NCBI GenBank assembly: GCA_003167495.1
Contig: PMSX01000224.1
Coordinates: forward strand, 20,216-84,215
DNA length: 64,000 bases
Direction: 5' to 3'
From: Bryobacterales bacterium
GTDB taxonomy: Bacteria > Acidobacteriota > Terriglobia > Bryobacterales > Bryobacteraceae
A program made the position numbers and the translations under genes. This document shows, piece by piece, positions 18,405 through 29,035 of this stretch (its first letter is position 1; each line of letters starts with the position of its first letter). The notes below the pieces were generated by a model, which was not told the origin of the DNA, searched no databases, and saw only the letters and a list, made by a program, of their open reading frames with translations.

Positions 18405-19832
18405 ATGCTCCGTTCAATCTCGCGGCTTCTTCTTTTCGTAATCAGTGTTCTCGATTTTTCGACGTGGCTCGATGCGCAAGCTATACCTCGCTCGCCCCTG
18501 CTGGTTTTTCGGCACGTTACCGTGATTAATCCGGCTTCCTCGTCTGTGGAAAAAGATCGCGTCGTAGTTATTCGAGAGGGCCGCATCGCATCAGTCACAG
18601 ACGCCGCTGGGTTCGTTTCGCAAAAAGGGGCGCAGGTCGTAGACGGAACAGGCCGCTACCTGATCCCCGGCCTGTGGGATATGCACGTCCACAGTGCCTT
18701 CGGCGATTGGTTCCCACGCGGGCGCGAGGTCATTCTTCCTCTCTTCATCGCGAACGGAGTGACTGGCGTTCGGGACATGGGAGGCGACCTCCCAGTGCTT
18801 TTCGAATGGCGGAAAGAAATCGCGGCTGGCGAGATCACAGGGCCGCGGATGGTGGTCTCTGGTCCCATGCTCGATGGATATCTGCCTGGCGGCGCTAAAA
18901 CCCGCTTTCCGAGTTCGATTCCAGTCACGAGTCCCGTCGAGGCCGTGAAGGCTGTCGATTCGCTGAAAGCTCAGGGCGCCGAATTCATCAAGGTTCAGTC
19001 TGTTCTTACTCAAGAGATCTACGCGGCTGCCGCGCAAGAGGCGCATCGGCAGAATCTCCCGTTTGTTGGCCACGTGCCGGATCACATCAAGATAACTGAG
19101 GCGGTTGCGCTAGGCCAGAAGAGTATCGAACACTTCATGGGTGTTCTGGAGGGCTGTTCCAGCCAGGAAGATCGGTTGCTAAAAAGCGTTGAAGACACCA
19201 AGCTGCTGCTTAGCAGCTACGACGACGCCAAGTGCCGTGAACTCATTTCCCTGCTGGCCCGGACCCACACTTGGCAGGTGCCGACGACTGTGTGGAATCG
19301 GCAGGGTGAACTGTTAGATCAGGTCGATTTTGCTCACCAACCCCTCGACAAATACGTGCCCGCTTACTGGCGAGACGTAACCTGGAAGCGATTTTACGAT
19401 GAGATGATCCCCGGCGTGCGCGCCGATTCGCTAACCTTGCGCCGGCAGTTTATTGCGCAGAATATACACATGATCGGGGCGCTGCATCGCGGCGGCGTTG
19501 AATTTATGGCAGGAACGGATACTGCTCCCGGAATCTACGTTATGCCAGGTTTCAGCCTGCATGATGAGTTGGCAAACTTCGTCGAGGCCGGGTTCTCTCC
19601 GATGGAGGCTCTAGCCACCGCCACCAGCAATCCGGCTAAATTCCTCGGCCGAAGCGATATGGGCGTAATTGCCGCCGGGAAAATCGCGGACCTGGTCCTG
19701 CTTGATCGGAACCCGCTTGAGGACATTGGGAATACTCGAACGTTGCGCGCAATCGTAGCGGACGGGCGTTATTACGACCGGGAGCATATCGACCGGCTCC
19801 TGGCAGGGGTCGAGGAAGCGGCGAAGAAATAG
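18405..19832 (+). CDS. exported amidohydrolase-family metallohydrolase (second copy, diverged)
   Basis: 475-aa ORF with signal peptide MLRSISRLLLFVISVLDFSTWLDAQA. It carries GLWDMHVHS (HxH), ..MAGTDTAP.. and ..GKIADLVLLDRNPLEDI... Confidence 0.85.
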   Translation: MLRSISRLLLFVISVLDFSTWLDAQAIPRSPLLVFRHVTVINPASSSVEKDRVVVIREGRIASVTDAAGFVSQKGAQVVDGTGRYLIPGLWDMHVHSAFGDWFPRGREVILPLFIANGVTGVRDMGGDLPVLFEWRKEIAAGEITGPRMVVSGPMLDGYLPGGAKTRFPSSIPVTSPVEAVKAVDSLKAQGAEFIKVQSVLTQEIYAAAAQEAHRQNLPFVGHVPDHIKITEAVALGQKSIEHFMGVLEGCSSQEDRLLKSVEDTKLLLSSYDDAKCRELISLLARTHTWQVPTTVWNRQGELLDQVDFAHQPLDKYVPAYWRDVTWKRFYDEMIPGVRADSLTLRRQFIAQNIHMIGALHRGGVEFMAGTDTAPGIYVMPGFSLHDELANFVEAGFSPMEALATATSNPAKFLGRSDMGVIAAGKIADLVLLDRNPLEDIGNTRTLRAIVADGRYYDREHIDRLLAGVEEAAKK

Positions 19833-20095
19833 CTGGGACCCGCGACATAAAAGTGATAGATTCGCGGAAATGTAAGGCAAACGTAGAAGTCCGAGCGTAG
19901 CATCAGGCTGAGCCGCGACCGCAAGGGAGTGCAACGCAAAGCCGCTGCGCTTCCTCCGCTTTTGGGTCGCACAACCAAATAGCTGCGGCACGGCCCATTA
20001 CCTGGATAATTTAGTTAAGATAGTCTGGTGCTCGGTGCGACACGTTCCGCTCCTAGCGCTGCGCTAAGCAGTCGATCTATAGGAGGGCGTGGTTC

Positions 20096-21166
20096 ATGGC
20101 GTTTCGAGCGAGGCAACTGAGGCAGCGGGCTGTAGGTGCCGGCATGCTCCTGGTTCTGAGCATGGCGGGGCTTGCAGCGGACGTAACGATTGGTACCGTC
20201 ACGGCACAGACTGGACAAAAGGCCACCGGCTACATTGAAGTGCCCGCGGGAGTCGACGCCGGCACAAACCTCCCAGTCATAGTCATCAACGGAGCGAAAC
20301 CCGGTCCAACGCTGGCGCTAGTTGCGGGAGCGCATGGCACTGAATATGCCTCGAGCCTTGCCCTCGCGCAACTGGCGAACCGAGTCGATCCAGCGCAACT
20401 TTCCGGAACGCTCATCGTTCTTCCTCTTTTGAACGTCGCGTCCTATCTGCAAAAGGTCGTGCACGTGAATCCCGTTGATCAAAAGGGAGTCAGTGGCTAT
20501 CCAGGCAAGGCCGATGGAACGCAATCGGAGCGCATCGTCAACGCCGTCTACGACCAGGTCGTTCTCAAATGCGACCACCTGATCGACTACCACGGAGGCG
20601 ACCTCGATGAAAACCTCCACCCATATTCTTACTGGACCAGTACTGGTAAAGCCGACGTCGACAAGGTATCCCGTGATATGGTCTTCGCATTCGGACTCAA
20701 GACCATCATCATCAAGCAACTCGGCGGACGCAGCCTTGATAATGCTGCGCTGAAGCTGGGCAAAGCCTCGATCACAGTGGAGGCCGGGCGCGCGGGCACA
20801 ACTGAGGCCGCGGACATTGGCGTACTGATTGATGGAACGTTGAATGTTATGCGCTATCTGAAGATGCTGCCCGGCCCTGCGATAGCAAGCTTGCAACATC
20901 CTCTTTGGATCAGCAAGCTGACTATCGTGAAGAGTGAATACGAAGGTATTTTTTATCCGGCAGTCGTTCCTGAAGCCTATGTCCAGCAGGGCATGATAGT
21001 TGGCTACATGACTGACTATTTCGGCAACAAAATTACCGAGGTAGCCGCTCCGTTAACGGGCGTAATCACTCTTGTTTGCTCTGTTCCAACGATGAAAAAG
21101 GGCGACAATGTCGTTTATATTGGCGAAATTGGTGAAGACCCATCGGCCAAAATTGGCAGTCGTTGA
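20096..21166 (+). CDS. succinylglutamate desuccinylase/aspartoacylase-family (M14-like) deacylase, exported
   Basis: 356-aa ORF with RBS aggagg. It has a signal-like N-terminus and the family motif LVAGAHGTEYASSLAL followed by GTLIVLPLLNV. Confidence 0.7.
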   Translation: MAFRARQLRQRAVGAGMLLVLSMAGLAADVTIGTVTAQTGQKATGYIEVPAGVDAGTNLPVIVINGAKPGPTLALVAGAHGTEYASSLALAQLANRVDPAQLSGTLIVLPLLNVASYLQKVVHVNPVDQKGVSGYPGKADGTQSERIVNAVYDQVVLKCDHLIDYHGGDLDENLHPYSYWTSTGKADVDKVSRDMVFAFGLKTIIIKQLGGRSLDNAALKLGKASITVEAGRAGTTEAADIGVLIDGTLNVMRYLKMLPGPAIASLQHPLWISKLTIVKSEYEGIFYPAVVPEAYVQQGMIVGYMTDYFGNKITEVAAPLTGVITLVCSVPTMKKGDNVVYIGEIGEDPSAKIGSR

Positions 21167-21181
21167 TCCAGCGAGACAGTC

Positions 21182-23125
21182 ATGAACAGGACGCAATTGA
21201 CATCGTTACTGCTGTTCAACATCATGCTTGCGGGCGCGGGCGCGGACCAAGCGCCATCGCCGGAAAAGGCGCCGGCGCCTCCTGAAGTGAACATGAAGTA
21301 TGTCCGCGAAAACTACTCGAAATACGAATACAAGATAGCGATGCGAGATGGCGTGAAACTCTTCACTGCCGTTTACATTCCGAAAGATGTTATGGAGGGG
21401 AATCGATATCCCATTCTCATGGTCCGCACGCCCTACAACGTCGCACCCTACGGCGAAGATCAGTTCCCGGAAATACTTGGACCGTCACCTCTATTTACCC
21501 GTGAGAAATTTATCTTCGTCTATCAAGACGTTCGCGGGCGATACATGAGCGAGGGAGACTTCACCATTGTGCGGCCGCAAAAGCCAATCAAGAAAAGCGA
21601 GAAGGACACTGATGAGAGCAGCGACGCTTACGACAGCATCGATTGGCTCATCAAGAATGTCCCCGGCAATACCGGCAAAGTAGGTATCTGGGGCATTTCG
21701 CAACCCGGTTTCTTTGCCACGGCATCTATGATCGATTCACATCCCGCGCTAGTGGCTGTATCGCCGCAAGCGCCCGTCACTGATTATTATTTGGGCGATG
21801 ACGTTTATCACAACGGAGCGTTCATGCTGGCGGCGCGCTTCAATATGTATCAGGGATTTCGCCCTCGCGGAGATGATCCGACACCTCCCGTGCCGAGACT
21901 GCCATTCGATTACGGCACACCGGACGGATACGATTTTTATCTTTCTCTTGGACCACTGGTTAACGCCGACGAACGCTATTTCAAGAACATGCAGCCGTAT
22001 TGGAGTATGAACGTCAAGAACAGCACATACAACGATTTTTGGCAGGCTCGCTCAGTTTGGAAGTATCTAAAAAATGTGAAGCCGGCGGTAATGATTGTTG
22101 GGGGATGGTACGACCAGGAAGACCCGCAAGGCCTGTTTCGGCAGTTTTACCAATTGAAGAAAGAATCGCCGGAAACCGCCGACATGCTTGTGGTCGGGCC
22201 ATGGGTGCACGGCGGGTTTTCTCGCGAAGATGGCGACCGGGTCGGAAATGTCAGTTTTGGTTCGAAGACCGCCATTTACTATCGCGAGAAAATTGAGTTT
22301 CCATTCTTCATGCACTATTTGAAGGGCCAAGAAGGAGGCAAACGCCCGAAAGCTTGGGTATTCGAAACAGGCGTCAATCAATGGCGCCAGTTCGACGAGT
22401 GGCCTCCTAAACAAGCAAAGAAGACTGGCTTGTTTTTGGATGGGAACGGCAAGATCGGTATGCAAGCAACCGCCGCTGCAGGTTTCGACGAATACATCTC
22501 AGACCCCGCCAAGCCGGTTCCTTACATAGGTCATATATTGATGGGAGTCCGCTACGACTTCATGACGGAAGACCAGCGTTTTGCAGCTTCGCGAACGGAT
22601 GTCCTGGTCTACAAAACAGAGCCGCTCGACCACGACGTGACGGTTTCTGGACCGATCCAAGTAGATCTGAAAGTGTCGACGTCGGGAACAGATTCCGATT
22701 TCGACGTGAAACTGGTTGATGTTTTTCCGGCGAAATATCCAGATTATGATGCTAAACCGGATGACCCGCCGCCGAATCCACGCCTGCTGCCCGCGAATTT
22801 AATACAGCTTGGCGGATACCAGGAATTAATCCGTGGCGAGCCCTTCCGCGGAAAATACCGGCAGAGCCTAACTCACCCAGTTCCTTTTGAGCCTGGCAAA
22901 CCCGACCGAATCACTTTCCAAATGCCGGACGTCCTCCACACATTTCGGGCAGGGCACCGAATCATGGTGCAGATCCAAAGTTCCTGGTTCCCATTGACAG
23001 ACCGAAACCCGCAGAAGTTTCTCGATATTACAACTGCGCATTCGACTGACTTTGTAAAAGCGACTGAGAGGATTTACTGGGGAGGTGCGGATGGGTCGAA
23101 GGTCGAGTTACTTACCTTCGAATGA
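21182..23125 (+). CDS. CocE/NonD-family (S15) serine hydrolase, exported; paralogue of 6620..8581
   Basis: 647-aa ORF with MVRTPYNV, GIWGISQPGF and a C-terminal ..VQIQSSWFPLTDRNPQKF. It can be aligned with the 6620..8581 product along its whole length. Confidence 0.88.
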   Translation: MNRTQLTSLLLFNIMLAGAGADQAPSPEKAPAPPEVNMKYVRENYSKYEYKIAMRDGVKLFTAVYIPKDVMEGNRYPILMVRTPYNVAPYGEDQFPEILGPSPLFTREKFIFVYQDVRGRYMSEGDFTIVRPQKPIKKSEKDTDESSDAYDSIDWLIKNVPGNTGKVGIWGISQPGFFATASMIDSHPALVAVSPQAPVTDYYLGDDVYHNGAFMLAARFNMYQGFRPRGDDPTPPVPRLPFDYGTPDGYDFYLSLGPLVNADERYFKNMQPYWSMNVKNSTYNDFWQARSVWKYLKNVKPAVMIVGGWYDQEDPQGLFRQFYQLKKESPETADMLVVGPWVHGGFSREDGDRVGNVSFGSKTAIYYREKIEFPFFMHYLKGQEGGKRPKAWVFETGVNQWRQFDEWPPKQAKKTGLFLDGNGKIGMQATAAAGFDEYISDPAKPVPYIGHILMGVRYDFMTEDQRFAASRTDVLVYKTEPLDHDVTVSGPIQVDLKVSTSGTDSDFDVKLVDVFPAKYPDYDAKPDDPPPNPRLLPANLIQLGGYQELIRGEPFRGKYRQSLTHPVPFEPGKPDRITFQMPDVLHTFRAGHRIMVQIQSSWFPLTDRNPQKFLDITTAHSTDFVKATERIYWGGADGSKVELLTFE

Positions 23126-24803
23126 GAGAACGGTATTGTTACGTCCCCAAATACTGCTGCTGCTGGCTGCTGGCTTTTGTGCAGCTCAGCCACATGGTAA
23201 AGCCGCCGGCATGGACAAGGATCTGCTTGAAATTACCATCCCGCAACTCGAGCGGCTTTATGCCTCTCACAAATATACGGTCACTCAAGTAGTCGATTGG
23301 TATCTGTCTCGCATAGCCAAGTACAACGGAATCTACCGTGCCATTGAGTACGTGGACAAGGAGGGGGCACTGGCCCTTGCCGCCAATGAGGACGCAGCCG
23401 CCAGAATGGGCGGCAAGAATTTCCAACGCGGACCGATGTGGGGTGTGCCTATCGTCATTAAGGCCAATACCAGTATCAAGGGCTGGGTCACCACAGATGG
23501 TTGGCAAGGATTTGTCATACCGGGCCATGAACTGTACGCGCCCAAAGACGCGACAGTTGTCGCCAAGCTGCGAGCGGCCGGCGCAATCATCATCGGACAC
23601 ACCAACATGCCTGATTTTGCGGCTAGCGACACGAACCGCAGTAGCTCGTTTGGCCGCACCGGAAACGCTTATGATGTGCGCTTCAGCCCTGGTGGCTCGT
23701 CTGGCGGGACCGTCACGGCGATCACGGCAAATTTTGCTGTGTTGGGAACAGGCACGGATACATCCAATTCCATCCGCATGCCTTCTTCCACAAGTTCGGT
23801 CGTTGGAGTCCTGCCAACTCGGGGCTTAGTAAGTACCGCCGGTATCGCGCCGCTCGATTGGCTGCTGGATAACACTGGACCCATTGCTCGCGATGTAACG
23901 GATGCTGCGATCGCTCTAAGCGTGTTGGCGGGTGAAGATCCCTTAGATTTCCGCACTGCTGGTTCCGCTGCGCGCGCCCAGCCTGGGCCCTACACCCAAT
24001 ATCTGAAAGCGGACTCACTCAAAGGAAAGCGATTCGGGGTGCCTGCATTCATCATGACTGATCCCGCACACCGCGATATGCGCCCCGAAACACGTGCTAT
24101 GTTTCTAGCGGCCATAGAAAGCCTGCGCTCCGCCGGCGCCGTTGTGGTAATTGACGATTCGATTCTTCCCGCTAGCTTTGCCGAACTGGTCGACAGTATC
24201 AACACTCGTCCGTTTCAGCTCGACGGCCTACAACACTTCCTGAAAGAGTTTGGGCCATCACAATATCGAACGGTGGAGGCTTATGAGATAGCGGTCGGCT
24301 CCCCTCTTCCCGAGACGATCACTGGAATTCCTCCAGCAACCAGTTCCACCTTCCAGGAACACCTTGCTCCGCAGATTCCTTTTTCACCCTCTGATCCCCA
24401 AGCAGCGACCGATTTCTTTACTCCCCAAAGTGTGGCTCTTGCGGCATATCTAGAGCCCTTTGAGCGCCTGAATCTGGACGGCATGGTCTACCCAGCGGCA
24501 CAAATGCCGCCTCCCGATGAGACCATGCCACAGAACGGACGCATCAGTAGCGGGCCACACAGTGACACTGGCTGGGTGAACCCAATTGGCGTTCCCGCTA
24601 TCGTAGTTCCGGCCGGTTTTTATCCAAGTGGCCTTCCGTTTGGTATCGAATTCTCCGCCCGTCCATGGAAAGACGGCGACCTCCTCGGTTGGGCCTATGC
24701 CTATGAACAGGCGACCAAGTACCGCCGACCTCCCATTCTTGTGGAAAGAGGTCTGCTGTCTAACCAAACCAACGGACTCAGCCACTCAGCGAACAACCAC
24801 TGA
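23091..24803 (+). CDS. amidase-signature (AS) family amidase, exported
   Basis: ATG 23091 lies 5 nt after ggagg; the track's GTG is at 23085. The signal-like sequence is ..LLLLAAGFCAAQPHG. AS motifs are present: ..GGSSGGTVTAI.. and ..GTGTDTSNSIRMPSS... Confidence 0.85.
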   Translation: MGRRSSYLPSNERTVLLRPQILLLLAAGFCAAQPHGKAAGMDKDLLEITIPQLERLYASHKYTVTQVVDWYLSRIAKYNGIYRAIEYVDKEGALALAANEDAAARMGGKNFQRGPMWGVPIVIKANTSIKGWVTTDGWQGFVIPGHELYAPKDATVVAKLRAAGAIIIGHTNMPDFAASDTNRSSSFGRTGNAYDVRFSPGGSSGGTVTAITANFAVLGTGTDTSNSIRMPSSTSSVVGVLPTRGLVSTAGIAPLDWLLDNTGPIARDVTDAAIALSVLAGEDPLDFRTAGSAARAQPGPYTQYLKADSLKGKRFGVPAFIMTDPAHRDMRPETRAMFLAAIESLRSAGAVVVIDDSILPASFAELVDSINTRPFQLDGLQHFLKEFGPSQYRTVEAYEIAVGSPLPETITGIPPATSSTFQEHLAPQIPFSPSDPQAATDFFTPQSVALAAYLEPFERLNLDGMVYPAAQMPPPDETMPQNGRISSGPHSDTGWVNPIGVPAIVVPAGFYPSGLPFGIEFSARPWKDGDLLGWAYAYEQATKYRRPPILVERGLLSNQTNGLSHSANNH

Positions 24804-24823
24804 ACAAGCTCAAGAATTTGGTT

Positions 24824-27800
24824 CTAGAAATTGATGCGCGCGGTCAATTGAATATCTCTCGGCCCAGCGCCTTCCGCAGTCTGCAGACTGGTGATCTGCC
24901 CGAATCCAGGGACACCTACCTCAAGACTGCCTGGAACCGCGAAATTGGGGTGGTTGAAGACATTGCCCACCTGCGCGCCGATCCGCATGCGGATCCGCTC
25001 CGTCAGGTTGACGCTCTTGATAAGAGACAGCGATACGGCCTGTGTCCCAGGTCCGACGACATCGCCGGCGCTGGCATCTCCGAATCTCCCAATGGCGTTG
25101 CCCGGATCGGCAAATGCGGCGGGGTTAATCCACTGGTTGATCGACTGGCCGGCGTAAGGACTGACGCCGGCCACGGTATCGGCACGGCCTCCGTTGGCGT
25201 TGAACGCGTTATAACCGCAGCCGCACGGGTCGCTGGTGGTGGCCACGCTCATAAAAGGCCCGCTCTGGAAGAGCAGCACACCGCTAAGCTCCCATCCACC
25301 CACAAGCCCGTCCACCAATCCACCGGCGCTGTTCAGAAGCAGTTTTCCTTTTCCGAACGGCAGCTCGTATAGGAAAGTAGTCAGAAAGCGTTGGCGGCGC
25401 GTGTAGGCAACATTCCCGTAATCGAGGCCCGGTGCCTTGGGATCTGAAATCGTGCCGCCAAATTCACCGGCAAATTCGTCCGCTGTGCTGGTCGCGGCAC
25501 CGTCCACGTTCGATAAGTTACGGGCGTAGATATAACTTGCCTGGAATTGCAGTCCCTTGGCAAAACGTTTTTTCACGGATATCGTCGCTCCGTTGTAGTT
25601 TGCGAACCCGGGGTTTGTGTTGTAGGTCATGTACTGAAAAGCCGGGAACGGGAAGGCCGACGTGGGCAGGTTGTTAAAACCTATGGTGTTGGGGTCTGGC
25701 TGGTTGAGGTTCGTGTGCATGCCGAGATTAGACGCATGATTGCCATCGTAAGAAACCCGCAGACCCACACCCTGTCCCAGATCGCGTTCCACAGTGAGGT
25801 TCCATTCCTGCACGTACGGGTCCTGGTAGTGAATATTCGTGGCTTGGTACAAGCTGTATGATCCTGGCTGGGCGATGTTCGATGGCCATGCGTAGGGCAG
25901 CGTGTAAGTGGGGAGTCCATTAGCCCCAATCGAGTTGTTGAAGAAACCGACGTCACTGGACTGGACAGCCCACGCGCTGATGGCCGCGGAACTCATGAGC
26001 GCCTCGATGTATTTTCCGTATCCTCCTCGTACAACCGTCTTATCGTCGCCGAAAACCCGCCAAGCGAAGCCGGCCCGCGGCGCGAAATCGCGCTTTGAGG
26101 AAAATCGCAAGGCCCCTGGAACGCCGGCTTGCGACGCAAGAATCACTGGCGTCGGCGCAATCGCTTCCACGAATTGTGGGCTTGTTATGCCGTACGTGCC
26201 CTCGCCGGGAATTATAATGGCGCCCTGAACCTTTTGGCCGTCCTGGATGCTGCTGTAAGCGGGATCGAAATTCGCCAGGTTGTTGTAGCGGTCGCGGAAC
26301 ATGGGATGATACTCCCAGCGCAGGCCATAATTGAGCGTCAGGTTTCGGGTCACCTTCCAATCGTCTTGCGCGAATGTGGCATAGTGCTTGGCCAGACCGT
26401 CAACGTTCGGCTGAACCGTGGTGGCCACCGTTGAGTTATCCGGATAACCCAGCAGGAAGGACGCGAGTGGCGTTCCCGTTCCGTTCCCTAACAACTGGCT
26501 CATGACAGCGCCATTGAAAGTATATCCGCCTTCTAATATGTTGAAAAAGGCACTGGTGCCGTAGGCGCGCAGGCTGCGGTAATCGGCCCCAAACTTCATC
26601 GTATGAGTGCCCTTCGTCCACGTAAGCGTTTCCAGGGCCTGCTTCGTGCCCTGATTGTCGATGGAAGAGAAGCCAAACGTGGGAACATATCCGGTTATAG
26701 TGATTTGCGGAACAACATCATATCCGGCCGGCGGGGGCGTGGGAAGGTTCGTTAGGCCCAGAGTGTTCCCCGCCTGCTGCGCCGTAATACCGATGCTGCT
26801 TGCCTCGTTATTCGCGCTGTACCCGACGCGCAGTTCGTTGATGACTGTCGGCGCGATAGTGTAGTTCCAGGCCACTGTCAAGGCCTGATCTACCTCGGGA
26901 ATCGAGTTCGATCCCTCGGTGAAAGTCACGGGGGACCCGCCGCCAAAGCCGCTCAGCGGTACCTGAAACGCCCGCTTGTTCTTATAAGTGAAGCGCGCAT
27001 AGAACTGATGCTTCGAGCCAACGTACTGATCCATGCGGATGTCGCCCTGGTTACTCTTAATCGGAATGTTGAAGTCGGCAAGGTAATTGTTGGCAACTGC
27101 TCCTGCTGGCCCGTAGTTCGGTGCCGGGAAAAATAATCCCAGTGCCTTTTGCGAATAGGAACTGAGCTGGCTGGCGGGAATCTGATTGTTGGGATATGGG
27201 GTGAGTGGATCGCTGTATCCAGAAAGATCTCCGTTGCGCATCGCAGCCGTAGGAACACTCTCCACTACATATTGCGACTTGGGTAAGCGCAGGGCCTCGA
27301 AGCTGCCAAAGAAAAAGGTCTTGTTGCGCCCGTTGTATAGCTTCGGCAACACCACCGGACCTCCCATGAAAATTCCGAAGTTGTTCATCTTCAACTCCGG
27401 AGCTGAGTGGCTGAAGAAGTCGGCGGCGTTCATGTCGTTGTTTTGTAGATTCTCGAACAAGCCGCCGTGCACCGAATTCGTGCCGGACTTTGAGATCGTG
27501 GTGATATCGGCAACACCTCCGAACTCCGCGGAGTTGATCGTCTCGCTGATGCGAATCTCCGCAATCGCGTTGAAAGACGGAAATAATTCAGAAATCGCTC
27601 CACCCCCGCCTTGGCCGTTAAAACTCCCCGGCCCCATAGTACTGATTCCGTCAATGCTCATGGAAAGCTGCGTAGGTAAACTCCCGGCGACGGAAATGTT
27701 GCCATTCGCATCTGTCTGAACGCCCGGTTGGGCGGTAAGCGTCGACATCGCGCTGGTTGACCCCTGCGCGCGTGTCGTAATCGCTACCGGCAGATCGACC

Positions 27801-28273
27801 AATTCCCGCGCTCCTTTCGTCTCCGCGATGCTCGAGGTGTCCGTTTGAACAACCTCTCCTCCCGAAGATTCGACGTTGACCGTCGTACTTTGCGTCGCAA
27901 TCTGCAACTGCGCATCCAGTCGCTTCGTTTCGCGTCCGCCAAGGTCGAACGAGCTAAATTCAGACTTTTGGAAGCCGGTAGCTTCGATGTCGAGTTTGTA
28001 GGTGCCCACTTCCACATTCGTGAACTCGAACGAACCCGTGTCATTCGTAATGGTCGAACGTTTCGCGTTCGTTCCTGTGTTAAACAAATTCACGATCGCG
28101 CCGGGAATGACGCCTCCCGAACCCTCCTTCACTGTGCCTAGTACCGTCCCGAACGTCGATTGACCGTTCAGCGTCTCCGAAAACAGTAGCGCGGCAAAAA
28201 GCGCGACGAGACAACTAATCCTGAGCCTGGAGTAACGTCCCGCAACAAATGTGGCGAGAATCATAGCTGACAT
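24824..28273 (-). CDS. TonB-dependent outer-membrane receptor with an N-terminal carboxypeptidase-regulatory-like domain
   Basis: ATG 28273 follows aaggag. The N-terminus is ..GTVLGTVKEGSGGVIPGAIVNLFNTGTNAKRSTITNDTGSFEFTNVEVGTYKLDIEATGFQK. The body is a long Gly/Asn/Tyr-rich barrel ending with the terminal aromatic residues ..LTARINF. Confidence 0.9.
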   Translation of the reverse strand: MSAMILATFVAGRYSRLRISCLVALFAALLFSETLNGQSTFGTVLGTVKEGSGGVIPGAIVNLFNTGTNAKRSTITNDTGSFEFTNVEVGTYKLDIEATGFQKSEFSSFDLGGRETKRLDAQLQIATQSTTVNVESSGGEVVQTDTSSIAETKGARELVDLPVAITTRAQGSTSAMSTLTAQPGVQTDANGNISVAGSLPTQLSMSIDGISTMGPGSFNGQGGGGAISELFPSFNAIAEIRISETINSAEFGGVADITTISKSGTNSVHGGLFENLQNNDMNAADFFSHSAPELKMNNFGIFMGGPVVLPKLYNGRNKTFFFGSFEALRLPKSQYVVESVPTAAMRNGDLSGYSDPLTPYPNNQIPASQLSSYSQKALGLFFPAPNYGPAGAVANNYLADFNIPIKSNQGDIRMDQYVGSKHQFYARFTYKNKRAFQVPLSGFGGGSPVTFTEGSNSIPEVDQALTVAWNYTIAPTVINELRVGYSANNEASSIGITAQQAGNTLGLTNLPTPPPAGYDVVPQITITGYVPTFGFSSIDNQGTKQALETLTWTKGTHTMKFGADYRSLRAYGTSAFFNILEGGYTFNGAVMSQLLGNGTGTPLASFLLGYPDNSTVATTVQPNVDGLAKHYATFAQDDWKVTRNLTLNYGLRWEYHPMFRDRYNNLANFDPAYSSIQDGQKVQGAIIIPGEGTYGITSPQFVEAIAPTPVILASQAGVPGALRFSSKRDFAPRAGFAWRVFGDDKTVVRGGYGKYIEALMSSAAISAWAVQSSDVGFFNNSIGANGLPTYTLPYAWPSNIAQPGSYSLYQATNIHYQDPYVQEWNLTVERDLGQGVGLRVSYDGNHASNLGMHTNLNQPDPNTIGFNNLPTSAFPFPAFQYMTYNTNPGFANYNGATISVKKRFAKGLQFQASYIYARNLSNVDGAATSTADEFAGEFGGTISDPKAPGLDYGNVAYTRRQRFLTTFLYELPFGKGKLLLNSAGGLVDGLVGGWELSGVLLFQSGPFMSVATTSDPCGCGYNAFNANGGRADTVAGVSPYAGQSINQWINPAAFADPGNAIGRFGDASAGDVVGPGTQAVSLSLIKSVNLTERIRMRIGAQVGNVFNHPNFAVPGSLEVGVPGFGQITSLQTAEGAGPRDIQLTARINF

Positions 28274-29035
28274 CTTGTCTCCTTTGATCAAAGCGTCTAG
28301 ACGGTCAATGTGAATGGCTGAAAAAGGGACTGAACGTGCCCAACCCTGCTGGAACAGGGGCGGCATTCAAGAGCACAAGAGGGTGCCCCTCAAGACGTGA
28401 GACTTTGCTCGTTGACAAGTGTTCGCCCATTGCAACACGGAGAGTAATCACTCTAAATGCCCCAGGCGAAATTTGGAATTGATTATAAGCTGGAAACTAA
28501 CTGCTGTCAATGCGAACGGATGGCGAATATATGCCGCGCAGTTTTGACTCAGCTCGCCCTGACCTAGCCAGCGTGATCACTTAATAGATTCCAACGTAGC
28601 CGCATCAAAAATCTCTATCGTGGGGTCTGATCCAAAAAGTTTTTAGGTCATGACGGAGCTGCCAAGTTTCCGGTCAGGCGAAACCATAAAGCCAAGCATG
28701 GGGACTGTCGACGTTACGTGCATGGCATCCTCCGCTTTTGGCGATGGCTAATTCATGGTTGACATGATCCCTGGCGGTTTGCGTTATTGTGACGCGAGTT
28801 ATCCAGGAGATTGATATCGACAAAATAGAAAATCGATAAGTCCAGCGCGACCGCTTATTGTCGATCATTTCCTCTCGGAAGCCGTCCGTTTGACGAGGAT
28901 CGGTCACGAGTATGTCAGTTAGAGGGTGACCGGACTTAAGTGGGCGTTTTTAGACGGGAGTCAACGGGGAATCGCGCACGTCGGTTTCTGAGGGTATGTT
29001 CGGCCTTTCGCTCTGAATTGGAGTGGGGCGTGAAT

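Noticed and set aside
18905-18925. tRNA-like T-loop string (gagttcgattcc)
   Set aside because: It lies inside the well-supported amidohydrolase CDS. No acceptor or anticodon stems can be drawn around it.
28367-29035. ~670-bp spacer upstream of the first TonB-dependent receptor, containing the 77-aa ORF 28674..28907 and an 8-bp inverted repeat (atcgacaa...ttgtcgat)
   Set aside because: The ORF has no RBS or motif and an odd composition. The inverted repeat is short and widely spaced, within chance expectation. I note it only as a long leader or promoter region.
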